Shown: piece after piece, positions 9,861-20,240 of the stretch | Layout of the letters: each line of letters starts with the position of its first letter | Position numbering within the stretch: position 1 is the stretch's first letter | Source: Methylibium sp. | Lineage (GTDB): Bacteria; Pseudomonadota; Gammaproteobacteria; Burkholderiales; Burkholderiaceae_C | Length of the DNA: 64,000 bases | Reading direction: 5' to 3' | NCBI RefSeq assembly: GCF_035762065.1 | Contig: NZ_DASTPW010000048.1 | Coordinates: forward strand, 97,969-161,968 | The notes under the pieces: model-generated | Seen by the model: the letters and a program-made list of their open reading frames with translations, nothing else | What the model was told of the DNA's origin: nothing | Database searches by the model: none | Translations under genes and position numbers: made by a program

Positions 9861-10508
9861 CTAGGCGGCGGAGGCGCGCTGGCGCCCGCGCCAGGCGCCC
9901 ACCAGCGCGATCACCCCGGGGATCAGGATCAGCGCCCAGATGATCTTGTCGAGGTTGCTCTTCACCCACGGCACGTTGCCGAAGACGTAGCCGGCCAGCA
10001 CGATGCTCAGCACCCACAGCAGCGCGCCGCCGACGTTGTAGGCGCTGAACTTCGTGCGGTTCATCTCGGCGACGCCGGCGACGAAGGGCGCGAAGGTGCG
10101 GATGAAGGGCATGAAGCGCGCGAGCACGATGGTGATGCCGCCGTGCTTCTCGTAGAAGGCGTGCGCCTGGTCGAAGGCGCGCCGGTTGAACCAGCGCGAC
10201 TGCTCCCACTGGAAGACCTTCGGCCCGAAGTGACGGCCGATCAGGTAGTTGCACTGGTCGCCGAGGATCGCCGCGACCAGCAGCACGCCGATCGCCAGCG
10301 GCAGGCTCATCAGCGCCGCCCCGCACATCGCCCCGACGACGAACAGCAGCGAGTCGCCCGGCAGGAAGGGCATCACCACGACGCCGGTCTCGACGAAGAC
10401 GATCGCGAACAGCAGTGCGTAGACCCACACCCCGTGGTCCGCGACGAAGGCGGCGAGGTGCACGTCGACGTGCAGGATGAAGTCGATCAGCGCGGTGGCG
10501 AGTTCCAT
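9861..10508 (-). CDS. DedA family inner-membrane protein
   Basis: 215 aa starting at MELATALIDF, inside ORF 9861..11186. The motifs FVETGVVVMPFLPGDSLLF and LARFMPFIRTFAPFVAGV are canonical DedA/SNARE-associated motifs. Confidence 0.85.
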   Translation of the reverse strand: MELATALIDFILHVDVHLAAFVADHGVWVYALLFAIVFVETGVVVMPFLPGDSLLFVVGAMCGAALMSLPLAIGVLLVAAILGDQCNYLIGRHFGPKVFQWEQSRWFNRRAFDQAHAFYEKHGGITIVLARFMPFIRTFAPFVAGVAEMNRTKFSAYNVGGALLWVLSIVLAGYVFGNVPWVKSNLDKIIWALILIPGVIALVGAWRGRQRASAA

Positions 10509-10581
10509 GGGGGCGCGATTATCCCGACCGCCTCGTGACGCCCGGCCCGTCGGGGCCGGCGCGATTCCTAGAATCGCGCCG

Positions 10582-12396
10582 ATGCACGCCGGAGCGCCCG
10601 TTTCCACCGCCGCGCGCCGGCCCATCCGCGCGCTGCCCGAGGAGCTGATCAGCCAGATCGCGGCCGGCGAAGTGATCGAGCGGCCCGCCTCGGTCGTGCG
10701 CGAGCTGGTGGACAACGCGCTCGATGCCGGCGCCACCGAGATCACCGTGCGGCTCGCCGCCGGCGGCGTGCGCGCCATCGCGGTCGAGGACGACGGCAGC
10801 GGCATCCCGGCCGACGAGCTCGCGCTGGCCCTGCAACGCCATGCCACCAGCAAGATCGGCTCGCTCGCCGAGCTGGAGAGCGTCGCGACGCTGGGTTTCC
10901 GCGGCGAGGCACTGGCGGCGATCGCCTCGGTCGCGGAGGTCGCGATCACCAGCCGCGCCGCGGGCGCGCCGCATGCGCTGCGCCTCGACGCGCGCTCCGG
11001 CGAGCTGGCGCCGGCGGCGCGCGCGACCGGCACCACGGTCGAGGTGCGCGAGCTGTTTTTCGCGACGCCGGCGCGCCGCAAGTTCCTGAAGACCGACGCG
11101 ACCGAGCTCGCGCACGGCGTCGAGGCGGTGCGCCGGCATGCGATCGCGCACCCTGAGGTGGCGTTCTTCGTGTGGCATGACGGCAAGCCGGTCGCGCAAT
11201 GGCGCCGCGGCAGCGCCGAGCAACGGGTGCGCGACGCGCTCGGCGAGGACTTCCTGCGCGGAAGCCGCGCGCTCGACGCAGCGGCCGCCGCGCGCGCCGT
11301 GCCGCTGCGCGGCCCGAACGCCGTGTGCGGCCTCTCGGGCCGCGTCGGCCTGCCCGATGCCGCGCGTGCCCGCGCCGACCTGCAGTACCTCTACGTCAAC
11401 GGCCGCCACGTGCGCGACCGCCTCGTCGCGCATGCCCTGCGCAGCGCCTACGACGACGTGCTGCACGGCCAGCGCCAGCCGAGCTGGCTGCTCTTCATCG
11501 AGCTCGACGCGACCCGGCTCGACGTCAACGTGCACCCCGCCAAGATGGAAGTGCGCTTCCGCGACGGCCGCGCGATCCACGAGGCGGTGCGCCGTGCCGC
11601 CGAGGCGGCGCTCGCGCTGCCGCGCGCCGAGGTCGCGCGGCCGGCGCTGTTCGAGCCCAACGAAGCTTCGGCGCCGGTCGCCTACCCCGCCCCGGCGAAG
11701 CAGCAGCCGCTGCGGCTGGTCGCCGGGGAGCCCCGCTTCGCGTGGCCCGGCGAGCCCGCGGCGGCGGCGGTGCCGCCCGACGCGCCCGTCGATCGGCCTG
11801 CCGGTCAACCGCTGGGCCGAGCGCTCGCGCAACTCGGCGGCATCTACATCCTCGCGGAGAACGACGAAGGCCTGGTGATCGTCGACATGCACGCGGCGCA
11901 CGAGCGCGTCGTCTACGAGCGGCTGAAGGCCGCGCTCGCCGAGCGGCAGGCCGACGGCATCGAGGCGCAGCCGCTGCTGATCCCGGCGAGCTTCGCCGCG
12001 ACCGCGGCCGAGATCGCCGCCGCCGAAAGCCACGTCGAGACGCTGCGCCGGCTCGGGCTCGACGTCGCGCCGCTGGGGCCGGGGATGCTGGCGGTGCGCT
12101 CGCAGCCGGCGGCGCTGGGCGGCGGCGATGCGGTCGCGCTCGCCCGCGCGGTGCTTGCCGAGCTGGCGCAGCACGAAGCCAGCGAGGCCATTGCCCGCGC
12201 GCAGCACGAGATCCTCTCCAGCATGGCCTGCCACGGCGCGGTGCGTGCGAACCGCCGGCTGACGATCGACGAGATGAATGCGCTGCTTCGTGACATGGAG
12301 CGCACCGAACGCGCCGATCAGTGCAACCACGGACGGCCGACCTGGCGTCAACTCACGTTGAAGGACCTCGACGCGCGCTTCCTCCGGGGCCGCTGA
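10582..12396 (+). CDS. mutL: DNA mismatch repair protein MutL
   Basis: Start at MHAGAPV (residue 36 of ORF 10477..12396). IRALPEELISQIAAGEVIERPASVVRELVDNALDAG is the GHKL ATPase motif I. The C-terminal CNHGRPTW motif is also present. Confidence 0.9.
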   Translation: MHAGAPVSTAARRPIRALPEELISQIAAGEVIERPASVVRELVDNALDAGATEITVRLAAGGVRAIAVEDDGSGIPADELALALQRHATSKIGSLAELESVATLGFRGEALAAIASVAEVAITSRAAGAPHALRLDARSGELAPAARATGTTVEVRELFFATPARRKFLKTDATELAHGVEAVRRHAIAHPEVAFFVWHDGKPVAQWRRGSAEQRVRDALGEDFLRGSRALDAAAAARAVPLRGPNAVCGLSGRVGLPDAARARADLQYLYVNGRHVRDRLVAHALRSAYDDVLHGQRQPSWLLFIELDATRLDVNVHPAKMEVRFRDGRAIHEAVRRAAEAALALPRAEVARPALFEPNEASAPVAYPAPAKQQPLRLVAGEPRFAWPGEPAAAAVPPDAPVDRPAGQPLGRALAQLGGIYILAENDEGLVIVDMHAAHERVVYERLKAALAERQADGIEAQPLLIPASFAATAAEIAAAESHVETLRRLGLDVAPLGPGMLAVRSQPAALGGGDAVALARAVLAELAQHEASEAIARAQHEILSSMACHGAVRANRRLTIDEMNALLRDMERTERADQCNHGRPTWRQLTLKDLDARFLRGR

Positions 12397-12428
12397 CCCA
12401 CCTCTTCCGCCGTCTTCTCCTCTGGCCG

Positions 12429-13352
12429 ATGCAGTACCCGACCGTCCGACTCCGCCTTCCCCTCCTCCGCCGCCCGGCTCGCCGCCTGGCCGCCCTCCTT
12501 GCGCCGCTGCTCGCCCTGGCCGTCTTCGTCGGCTGCTCCACGCTCGACGAGCGGCAGCGCGAGTGGATCTTCCGGCCCGTCACCGAAACGCCCTGGGCCG
12601 GGCCGAACGCGACGCTCGGCATGGAGGACGTCTGGATCGATTTCGCTTCAGCCGAGACCGGCGCGCGCTCGCGGCTGCATGGCGTGTGGCTCGCGCGCGC
12701 ACAGGCGGATGCGCCGGTGTTGCTTTACCTGCACGGCGCGCGCTGGGACGTGACCGGCAGCGCGAGCCGCGTGCGCCGCATGAGCGAGCTCGGCTTCAGC
12801 GTGCTCGCGATCGACTACCGCGGCTTCGGCAAGAGTTCGGCCGCGCTGCCTTCGGAAGCGCTGGCGCGCGAGGACGCGCGCATCGCCTGGCAGTGGCTCG
12901 CCGCACGGCAGCCGGCCGCGCCGCGCTACATCTTCGGCCACTCGCTGGGCGGCGCGATCGCGGTGGACCTGGCGTCGCGGGTGACCGACGAGGCCGGGCT
13001 GATCGTCGAAGGCAGCTTCACGAGCATCCCCGACGTGTTCGCGAGCATGCGCTGGGGCTGGCTGCCGCTCGGGCCGCTCATCACGCAGCGCTTCGAGGCG
13101 GTCGAGCGCATCGGCGAGGTCGGTGCGCCGGTGCTGATCGTCCACGGCAGCAAGGACACCCTGATCCCGCCGGCGCTCGGCCGCTCGCTGTACGACAAGG
13201 CCGCGCAGCCCAAGCGCTGGCTGCTGGTGGACGGCGGCTCGCACCACAGCACCAACGCGGTCGGCGAGGCGGCCTACCGCGAGGCCCTGCACGAGCTGTT
13301 CGGGCTGGGTGGCGCGGGCGTCCTGCCGCCCTTGGGCGCAGCGAGTCCTTAG
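12429..13352 (+). CDS. Alpha/beta-hydrolase lipoprotein
   Basis: Start at MQYPTV. Lipobox LAVFVGC. Nucleophile elbow GHSLGGA. The fold order HG...GxSxG...D...H is plausible (VHGSKD, GGSHH). Confidence 0.75.
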   Translation: MQYPTVRLRLPLLRRPARRLAALLAPLLALAVFVGCSTLDERQREWIFRPVTETPWAGPNATLGMEDVWIDFASAETGARSRLHGVWLARAQADAPVLLYLHGARWDVTGSASRVRRMSELGFSVLAIDYRGFGKSSAALPSEALAREDARIAWQWLAARQPAAPRYIFGHSLGGAIAVDLASRVTDEAGLIVEGSFTSIPDVFASMRWGWLPLGPLITQRFEAVERIGEVGAPVLIVHGSKDTLIPPALGRSLYDKAAQPKRWLLVDGGSHHSTNAVGEAAYREALHELFGLGGAGVLPPLGAASP

Positions 13353-13400
13353 CGTCCGCGCACCGGGGCGTCGCGGGTCGCATGCTCCAATCGAGCGACC

Positions 13401-14687
13401 ATGGCGACGATCAAGTTGAACAAGCAACGCGCGGCGCAACCGCCGGGCACGAAGCGCGCGCCGCTGCGCGCGGGCGGCATCAAGCGCGTGCATCCGACGC
13501 TCGCGCAGGCGCAGGCGGAGCGCGCGGAACGTGCCGAGCGGAACGAACGCGACGAGCGACGCCCGCGGCCCGGCGAGCGCGCCGAAACCGGCCGGCCGCG
13601 GCGCAACCCGAACGATCGCGGCGCCCCGGCGGCGCGCGACGAGCGCCGTGGCCGCGCCGACGCACACGCCCCTTGGCCTGACGAGCGCCGTCCTCGCCCC
13701 GAGGCGCGCGGCGTGCGGCCCGACGAGCGCCGTCCGCGTCCTGAAGCGCGCGGCGTGCGGCGCGACGACAGCCGTCCGCGTGCCGAAACACGCGGCGTGC
13801 GGCCCGACGAGCGCCGCGCTGGGCCGGTGCGAGCGCACGGCGCGCCGCCGCGCGCCGACGATCTGCGCGCTCGCGCGCCGCGTCCTGCCCCGCGTGCTCC
13901 GGCCCTGCCGGCCAGCGCCGCCGACGAACTGCCCCGCCTGTCCAAGCGCATGAGCGAACTCGGCCTCGCGTCGCGCCGCGAGGCCGACGAATGGATCGAG
14001 CGCGGGCTGGTCCGCGTCGACGGCGAGGTGGTCGACCAGCTCGGCGCGCGGGTGCATCCCGGCCAGCGCATCGAGGTCGATCCGATCGCGCGCAGCGAGC
14101 AGGCCAAGCGCGTGACCATCCTGCTGCACAAGCCGCTGGGCATCGTCAGCGGCCAGGCTGAGGACGGCCACCTGCCGGCCGCGACGCTGGTCAACGCGGC
14201 GAGCCGCTGGAGCGGCGATCACCAGCCGATGCGCTTCCACCCGAGCCAGCTGCGCCACCTGGTGCCGGCCGGCCGGCTCGACGTCGATTCCACCGGCCTG
14301 CTGGTGCTCACGCAGGACGGCCGCGTCGCGAAGGCGCTGATCGGCGCCGACACGAAGATCGAGAAGGAGTACGTCGTCCACGTCGCCTGGGCCGAGCAGC
14401 CCGGCGCCGCCGACCTGAAGCAGGCCTTCCCGGCCGACCGGCTCGAGCAGCTGCGCCACGGCCTCGAACTCGATCGCCAGCCGCTGAAGCCGGCGAAGGT
14501 CTCGTGGGCGAACGAGCAGCACCTGCGCTTCGTGCTGCGCGAAGGCAAGCGCCGCCAGATCCGCCGCATGTGCGAGGCGGTCGGCCTGCAGGTGCTCGCG
14601 CTCAAGCGCATCCGCATCGGCCGCGTGGGCCTGGGGGAGATGGCGCCCGGCCAGTGGCGTTACCTCGGCCCGTTCGAGACGTTCTGA
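13401..14687 (+). CDS. Pseudouridine synthase (RsuA/RluB/RluF family) with a roughly 175-aa Arg-rich N-terminal extension
   Basis: S4 domain RLSKRMSELGLASRREADEWIERGLVRVDG. Catalytic motif AGRLDVDSTGLLVLTQDG. The C-terminal KRQIRRM motif is present. Confidence 0.8.
   Translation: MATIKLNKQRAAQPPGTKRAPLRAGGIKRVHPTLAQAQAERAERAERNERDERRPRPGERAETGRPRRNPNDRGAPAARDERRGRADAHAPWPDERRPRPEARGVRPDERRPRPEARGVRRDDSRPRAETRGVRPDERRAGPVRAHGAPPRADDLRARAPRPAPRAPALPASAADELPRLSKRMSELGLASRREADEWIERGLVRVDGEVVDQLGARVHPGQRIEVDPIARSEQAKRVTILLHKPLGIVSGQAEDGHLPAATLVNAASRWSGDHQPMRFHPSQLRHLVPAGRLDVDSTGLLVLTQDGRVAKALIGADTKIEKEYVVHVAWAEQPGAADLKQAFPADRLEQLRHGLELDRQPLKPAKVSWANEQHLRFVLREGKRRQIRRMCEAVGLQVLALKRIRIGRVGLGEMAPGQWRYLGPFETF
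13677..13817 (+). repeat. In-frame 42-nt (14-aa) tandem repeat, three copies plus a partial fourth, inside the pseudouridine synthase N-terminal extension
   Basis: Peptide units are PDERRPRPEARGVR / PDERRPRPEARGVR / RDDSRPRAETRGVR / PDERRA.... Coordinates were obtained by counting residues from 13401. Confidence 0.8.
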
Positions 14688-14697
14688 ACGGGCGCCG

Positions 14698-15945
14698 ATG
14701 GCCGTCGTCGAGCAGCCGAGCGCAACCCCGATCGCCGCTCCCGCCCGCGAGCGCGTGCAGGGCAGGACGGCGATCGTCGCGCTGACGCTGCTGCTCGGGC
14801 TGCAGCCGGTCTCGACCGATCTCTACCTGCCCGCGCTGCCGGCGCTGCGCGCCGCGCTCGGCGCGAGCGCGGGGCAGGCGCAGTTCAGCCTGTCGGCGCT
14901 GCTGCTCGCCTTCGGCTTCGCGCAGCTCGTCGCCGGCCCGCTCGCCGATCGCTACGGCCGACGGCCGCTACTGCTGGGCGGGCTCTCGCTGTACGCGCTG
15001 GCCGGTTTCGGCGGCGCCGTGGCCGCGTCGATCGAAGCGCTCGTCGCATGGCGCGCGGTCCAGGGCGTCGGTCTTGCCTGCGCGGTGGTGTGTGCGCGCG
15101 CGATGGTGCGCGACCTGTACGCGCCGCGCGACGGCATGACGGCGATGTCGCGCGGCCTCACCGGGCTCGGGATCGTTGCGCTGGCCTGCCCGCTGGCCGG
15201 CGCGCTGGTGGCGGTAGGACTAGGCTGGCGCGCCACGCTCGCGGTGCTCGGCATCTACGCGGCCGGGGCGCTCGGCTTCGTCGCGCTGCGGGTGCCCGAG
15301 ACGGCACCGGCGCTGCGGCTCGACGCGCTGCAGCCTGCCAGGCTTGCCGCCGCGTGGTGGCGCATCGTTCGGCACCGCCAGTTCCGCGCCTACACGGCGC
15401 TGACGGCTTGTACCTACGGCGGCGTGTTCGCCTTCCTGGCCGGCTCGCCGTTCGTGCTGATCGAGGTGCTGGGGCGGTCGAGTCTCGATTGCGGTCTCGT
15501 GGTCGCGAGCAGTTCGGTCGCCTATGTCGCGGGCACCGTCGTCTGCCGGCGCTGGCTGGCGCGCTTCGGACCGCGCGGAACGGTCGCGCGCGGCGCCTGG
15601 CTGAGCCTTGCCGGCGGGCTCTCGATGGCGGCGCTGGCGGCTGCCGACGTGCGCAGCATCTGGGCAGTCGTGCTGCCACAGCTGCTGTATGCGGTGGGCC
15701 ACGGCCAGCACCAGCCCTGCGGGCAGGCCGGCGCGGTCGGCGCCTTCCCCCAGGAAGCGGGCGCGGCGGCCTCGCTCGCCGGCTTCGCGCTGGCGGTGAC
15801 CGCCTTCGCGATCGGCTCCTATCTCGGCTGGCGCTTCGACGGCACGCCGCGCGCCCTGGCCTACACGGTGGGCGGCTGCGCGGTGGCGACGGCGCTCGTC
15901 GCCTGGACCTGGGTGCAGCGCGATGGCGAGCCTGCGCAGGTCTGA
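14698..15945 (+). CDS. MFS transporter, Bcr/CflA-type drug efflux family
   Basis: 415 aa with about 12 predicted TM segments. The motif LADRYGRRPLLLGG (MFS motif A) is present, and the Bcr-like N-terminus reads LLGLQPVSTDLYLPALPAL. Confidence 0.8.
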   Translation: MAVVEQPSATPIAAPARERVQGRTAIVALTLLLGLQPVSTDLYLPALPALRAALGASAGQAQFSLSALLLAFGFAQLVAGPLADRYGRRPLLLGGLSLYALAGFGGAVAASIEALVAWRAVQGVGLACAVVCARAMVRDLYAPRDGMTAMSRGLTGLGIVALACPLAGALVAVGLGWRATLAVLGIYAAGALGFVALRVPETAPALRLDALQPARLAAAWWRIVRHRQFRAYTALTACTYGGVFAFLAGSPFVLIEVLGRSSLDCGLVVASSSVAYVAGTVVCRRWLARFGPRGTVARGAWLSLAGGLSMAALAAADVRSIWAVVLPQLLYAVGHGQHQPCGQAGAVGAFPQEAGAAASLAGFALAVTAFAIGSYLGWRFDGTPRALAYTVGGCAVATALVAWTWVQRDGEPAQV

Positions 15946-15993
15946 GGCCGTGCGCCCGCGCGGCCGCAGCCGCGCGCTCGCGCGCCGTGCGGC

Positions 15994-16974
15994 ATGAAGC
16001 CGCTCGAAGTGATCGCCCTCGCCGGCCCGACCGCCGCCGGCAAGACCGCCGCCGCGCTCGCGCTCGCCGAGCACCTGCCCCTCGAAGTGATCTCCGTCGA
16101 CTCGGCCCTCGTCTACCGCGGCATGGACATCGGCACGGCCAAGCCCAGCCCAGCCGAGCGTGCGGCGCTGCCGCACCACCTGATCGACCTCGTCGATCCG
16201 GCCGAGAGTTACTCCGCCGCGCGCTTCGCCGCCGATGCGCGCCGGCTCGTCGCCGCGATCCGCGCACGCGGCGCCTGGCCGCTGCTCGTGGGCGGCACGA
16301 TGCTGTACTTCAAGGCGCTTTGGGACGGCATCGACCCGCTGCCGCCCGCCGACGCGGCGCTGCGCGCGGCGATCGACGCCGAAGCCCGCGAGCGCGGCTG
16401 GCCGGCGCTGCACGCGCAGCTGGCGCAGGTCGATCCGCTCACCGCGGCACGGCTGGCGCCGCGCGATGCGCAGCGCATCCAGCGCGCGCTGGAAGTGCAT
16501 CGCATGACCGGCCGGCCGATGTCGAGCCTGACGACGGGCCGCTTGACGCGCGACTTCCAAGCCGAGCGTTCCGCGCCGGCCGGCATCGCGCTGATCTCGC
16601 TCGAACCCGCCGACCGCGGCTGGCTGCACCGGCGCATCGGCGAGCGCTTCGCGGCGATGCTCGACGCCGGGCTGATCGACGAGGTGCGCGGCCTGCGCGC
16701 GCGCGCCGACCTGAACGCCTCGCTCGCGTCGATGCGCTGCGTCGGCTACCGGCAGGTGTGGGAGGCGCTCGATGCGGGCGCCGACCTGGAACGCGGCAGC
16801 GCCGCATGGCACGAGCTGCTCGAACGCGGCAGCGCGGCGACGCGGCAGCTCGCGAAGCGGCAGATGACCTGGCTGCGCTCCATGCCATGGCGGCAGGTCG
16901 TCGCGTGTGACGCGGCCGATGCCGCCGAGCAAGTCCTGCGCTCGGTGCTCCCGATGACCGGCTCGCACCGATGA
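15994..16974 (+). CDS. miaA: tRNA dimethylallyltransferase MiaA
   Basis: [18 protein letters not shown]-loop. [20 protein letters not shown] and PHHLIDL are diagnostic MiaA motifs. Confidence 0.92.
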   Translation: MKPLEVIALAGPTAAGKTAAALALAEHLPLEVISVDSALVYRGMDIGTAKPSPAERAALPHHLIDLVDPAESYSAARFAADARRLVAAIRARGAWPLLVGGTMLYFKALWDGIDPLPPADAALRAAIDAEARERGWPALHAQLAQVDPLTAARLAPRDAQRIQRALEVHRMTGRPMSSLTTGRLTRDFQAERSAPAGIALISLEPADRGWLHRRIGERFAAMLDAGLIDEVRGLRARADLNASLASMRCVGYRQVWEALDAGADLERGSAAWHELLERGSAATRQLAKRQMTWLRSMPWRQVVACDAADAAEQVLRSVLPMTGSHR

Positions 16975-17636
16975 CGCCGTTGCTTCGTGTCGAAGGCCTG
17001 GCCAAGCGCTACGGCGACAGCGCCGTCTTCGAGCAGGTGTCGCTCGAACTGCGCGCCGGCGAATTCGTCGCGCTGCTCGGCGAATCGGGTGTCGGCAAAT
17101 CGACGCTGCTGCATGCGATCGCCGGGCTCGACACGGTCGACGCAGGCAGCGTCCGGCTCGACGGCGCCGAGGTCACGCGCCTCGCCGAGCCCCAGCAGGC
17201 CGCGCTGCGCCGGCGCGCGCTGGGCTTCGTCTTCCAGGCCTTCCACGTGCTGCCGCACCTGAGCGTCGCCGACAACGTCGCGCTGCCTCTGCTGCTGCTG
17301 GGCCACAAGCGCGACGCCGCGGCACCGCGGGTCGCGCAGATGCTGGCCGGTGTCGGCCTCGCGGGCCTGGGCGACCGGCTGCCGCAGCAGCTTTCCGGCG
17401 GGCAGCTGCAGCGCGTCGCGATCGCGCGCGCGCTGGTGCACAAGCCGCGGCTGATCCTCGCCGACGAGCCGACCGGCAACCTCGACGCCGGCACCGCCGA
17501 CAAGGTGCTCGATGCGCTGGTCGCCGAGCTCGAGCGCGAGGGCACGGCCTGTCTGCTCGTCACCCACTCCGCCGCCGCCGCGGCGCGCGCCGATCGCGTG
17601 CTGCGCCTGACCGCGAGCGGCATCGTCGCCGCCTGA
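16971..17636 (+). CDS. ABC transporter ATP-binding protein (LolD/YbbA/AttE-like)
   Basis: Walker [10 protein letters not shown], signature [15 protein letters not shown], Walker [13 protein letters not shown]. The ATG overlaps the miaA stop (ATGA). Confidence 0.85.
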   Translation: MTPLLRVEGLAKRYGDSAVFEQVSLELRAGEFVALLGESGVGKSTLLHAIAGLDTVDAGSVRLDGAEVTRLAEPQQAALRRRALGFVFQAFHVLPHLSVADNVALPLLLLGHKRDAAAPRVAQMLAGVGLAGLGDRLPQQLSGGQLQRVAIARALVHKPRLILADEPTGNLDAGTADKVLDALVAELEREGTACLLVTHSAAAAARADRVLRLTASGIVAA

Positions 17637-17654
17637 GCCGGGCCCCCCGCCGCG

Positions 17655-20240
17655 ATGCGCGCCACCGCCGCCCTGCCTGTGCTGCTCGGACAGCTCTCCT
17701 GGCCCGAGCTGCGCCACCACCCGCTGCGCCATGCGGCCGCGGTGCTCGCGGTGACGCTCGGCGTCGCGCTCGCGTTCGCGGTGCAGTTGATCAACGGCTC
17801 GGCGCTCGCCGAGTTCGGCGCGGCGGTGCGCAGCGTCAACGGCGAACCCGACCTCAGCGTGCGCGCCGGCACCGGCGGCTTCGACGAAGCGGTCTACGGC
17901 CGCGTGGCGATGCACCCGCAGGTGAGCCTCGCCTCGCCGGTCATCGAGATCGACACCTACGCGCTCGATGCCTCGGGCCGGCGCCGCCCGATCAAGCTGC
18001 TCGGGCTCGACCCGCTGGTCGCGCCGGCGCTGTCGCCGGGCCTGCTGCCGCGGGTCGATGCGCGGGCCGTCGGCACGGACGACCGGCTCGCGATCCTCGA
18101 CCCGACGCGCGTCTTCCTCAATGCCGCGGCCGAGCGCACGCTGGGCCTGCAGCCGGGCGATCGGCTGCAGCTGCAAAGCGGCCTCGGCCAGCGCGTATTC
18201 GCGGTCGCCGGGCGCGTCGCCGCCGGCGGCGCGGCGCTCGCGGTGACCGACATCGCCGGCGCGCAGACCGCGTTCGACCGGCTGGGCCGCATCGACCGCC
18301 TCGACCTGCGCCTCGCGCCCGGCGCCGACGCCGCCGCGCTGCAGCGCGAGCTGACGCTGCCCGAAGGGCTGCGCGCGGCGACGCCGCAGCAGAGCGAGGC
18401 GCGGCTGTCGAACCTGTCGCGCGCCTACCGGGTGAACCTGACCGTGCTCGCGCTCGTCGCGCTGTTCACCGGCGCCTTCCTGGTGTTCTCGGTGCTGAGC
18501 CTGTCGGTCGCGAAGCGCCAGCCCCAATTCGCGCTGCTCGGCGTGCTGGGCCTGGCGGCGCGCGATCGCCTTGGGCTGGTGCTTGCGGAGGCGCTCGTGC
18601 TCGGCGGTGTCGGCAGCGCGCTCGGGCTCGCGGCCGGCACCGCGCTCGCGTACGCGGCGCTGCACTGGCTCGGCGGCGATCTCGGCGGCGGCTACTTTCC
18701 CGGCGTCGCGCCGAGCCTGCGCTTCGACGCGCTCGCGGCGCTGATCTACGGCGCACTTGGCGTCGCGGCCGCGCTGGTCGGTGCGTGGCTGCCGGCGCGC
18801 AGCGCGCAGCGGCTCGCGCCGGCGCAGGGCCTGAAGGGGCTGGGCGACGTCTTCGTCGCGCGCGCGCGCGGTACCGCGTCGCCCCAGGCCTGGGCCGGGC
18901 CGGCCTTGATGCTCGCCGGCGCGCTGCTCGCGCTGCTGCCGCCGATCGGCGGGCTGCCATTCGCGGCCTACGTCGCCGTGGCCCTGCTGCTGGTCGGCGG
19001 CATCGCCTGCGTGCCGGCGGGCGTCGGGCTGCTGCTGAAGCTGGCGCCGCGGCCGTCGCAGCCGCTGCTGCTGCTCGCCTTCGAACGCGCGCGGCGCCTG
19101 CGGCACAGCGCGACGATCGCGGTGGCCGGCGTCGTCGCGAGCCTGGCGCTGGCCGTCGCGCTGACGGTGATGGTCGCGAGCTTCCGCGACGCGGTGACGC
19201 AGTGGCTCGACGTGGTGCTGCCGGCCGACCTGTACGTGCGCACCGCGCCCGGCGGCGCGCCCGGCGCCGAGGGCGCCTGGCTGCCGCCCGACTTCGTCGA
19301 GGCCGCGCTCGCGATGCCGGAGGTCGCGCGCGGCGAGGCGCTGCGCGCGCTGTCGCTGCCGCTCGATCCGGCCCGGCCGGCCGTCACGCTGATCGCGCGC
19401 CCGCTCGCGGATCCGGCGCGGTCGCTGCCGCTGGTCGGCGAGCTCCTGCCGGCCGATGCGGCGCTGCCCAGCCTCTACGTCAGCGAGGCGATGGTCACGC
19501 TCTACGACGCGCGGCCGGGGACGACGCTCGCGCTGCCGCTGGCCGGCGGTTCGCGCCGCTTCTTCGTGCGCGGCGTGTGGCGCGACTACGCACGCCAGTT
19601 CGGCGCGGTCGCGGTCGATCGCGGCGACTTCGTCGCGCTCACCGGCGACGACCGCGTCAACGACCTCGCGCTGAGCCTCATGCCCGGCGCCGCTCTCGAT
19701 GCCGTGCAGCAGCGCCTGCGCGAGCGCGCCGCGCAGCTCGCCGCGCCGGACGGCACCGCCGCGCCCCAGGAGCCGCTCGAGTTCGCGCGCGCCAGCGAGA
19801 TCCGCGCGATCTCGCTGCGCATCTTCGACCGCAGCTTCGCGGTGACCTACTGGCTGCAGGCGGTGGCCATCGGCATCGGCCTGTTCGGCATCGCGGCCAG
19901 CGGCTCGGCGCAGGTGCTCGCGCGGCGCAAGGAGTTCGGGCTGCTCGCGCACCTGGGCTTCACGCGGCGGCAGGTGCTGGCGGTCGTCGCCGGCGAAGGC
20001 TTCGCATGGACGACCGCGGGCGCGCTGCTCGGCACGCTGCTCGGCCTCGCGGTCAGCGTGGTGCTGGTGCACGTCGTCAACCCGCAGAGCTTTCACTGGA
20101 CGATGGAGCTGCGGCTGCCGCTCGCGCGGCTCGCGGCGCTGGCGCTCGCGGTGGTGGCCGCCGGCACGCTGACGGCGGTGGTGGCCGCGCGGCACGCCGC
20201 GTCGCGCGACGCGATCGCCGCGGTGAAGGAGGACTGGTGA
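17655..20240 (+). CDS. FtsX-like ABC transporter permease (YbbP/AttF-AttG-like, duplicated FtsX domains)
   Basis: 861 aa. There are two blocks of four TM helices with large periplasmic loops. It lies immediately downstream of the LolD-like ATPase. Confidence 0.8.
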   Translation: MRATAALPVLLGQLSWPELRHHPLRHAAAVLAVTLGVALAFAVQLINGSALAEFGAAVRSVNGEPDLSVRAGTGGFDEAVYGRVAMHPQVSLASPVIEIDTYALDASGRRRPIKLLGLDPLVAPALSPGLLPRVDARAVGTDDRLAILDPTRVFLNAAAERTLGLQPGDRLQLQSGLGQRVFAVAGRVAAGGAALAVTDIAGAQTAFDRLGRIDRLDLRLAPGADAAALQRELTLPEGLRAATPQQSEARLSNLSRAYRVNLTVLALVALFTGAFLVFSVLSLSVAKRQPQFALLGVLGLAARDRLGLVLAEALVLGGVGSALGLAAGTALAYAALHWLGGDLGGGYFPGVAPSLRFDALAALIYGALGVAAALVGAWLPARSAQRLAPAQGLKGLGDVFVARARGTASPQAWAGPALMLAGALLALLPPIGGLPFAAYVAVALLLVGGIACVPAGVGLLLKLAPRPSQPLLLLAFERARRLRHSATIAVAGVVASLALAVALTVMVASFRDAVTQWLDVVLPADLYVRTAPGGAPGAEGAWLPPDFVEAALAMPEVARGEALRALSLPLDPARPAVTLIARPLADPARSLPLVGELLPADAALPSLYVSEAMVTLYDARPGTTLALPLAGGSRRFFVRGVWRDYARQFGAVAVDRGDFVALTGDDRVNDLALSLMPGAALDAVQQRLRERAAQLAAPDGTAAPQEPLEFARASEIRAISLRIFDRSFAVTYWLQAVAIGIGLFGIAASGSAQVLARRKEFGLLAHLGFTRRQVLAVVAGEGFAWTTAGALLGTLLGLAVSVVLVHVVNPQSFHWTMELRLPLARLAALALAVVAAGTLTAVVAARHAASRDAIAAVKEDW

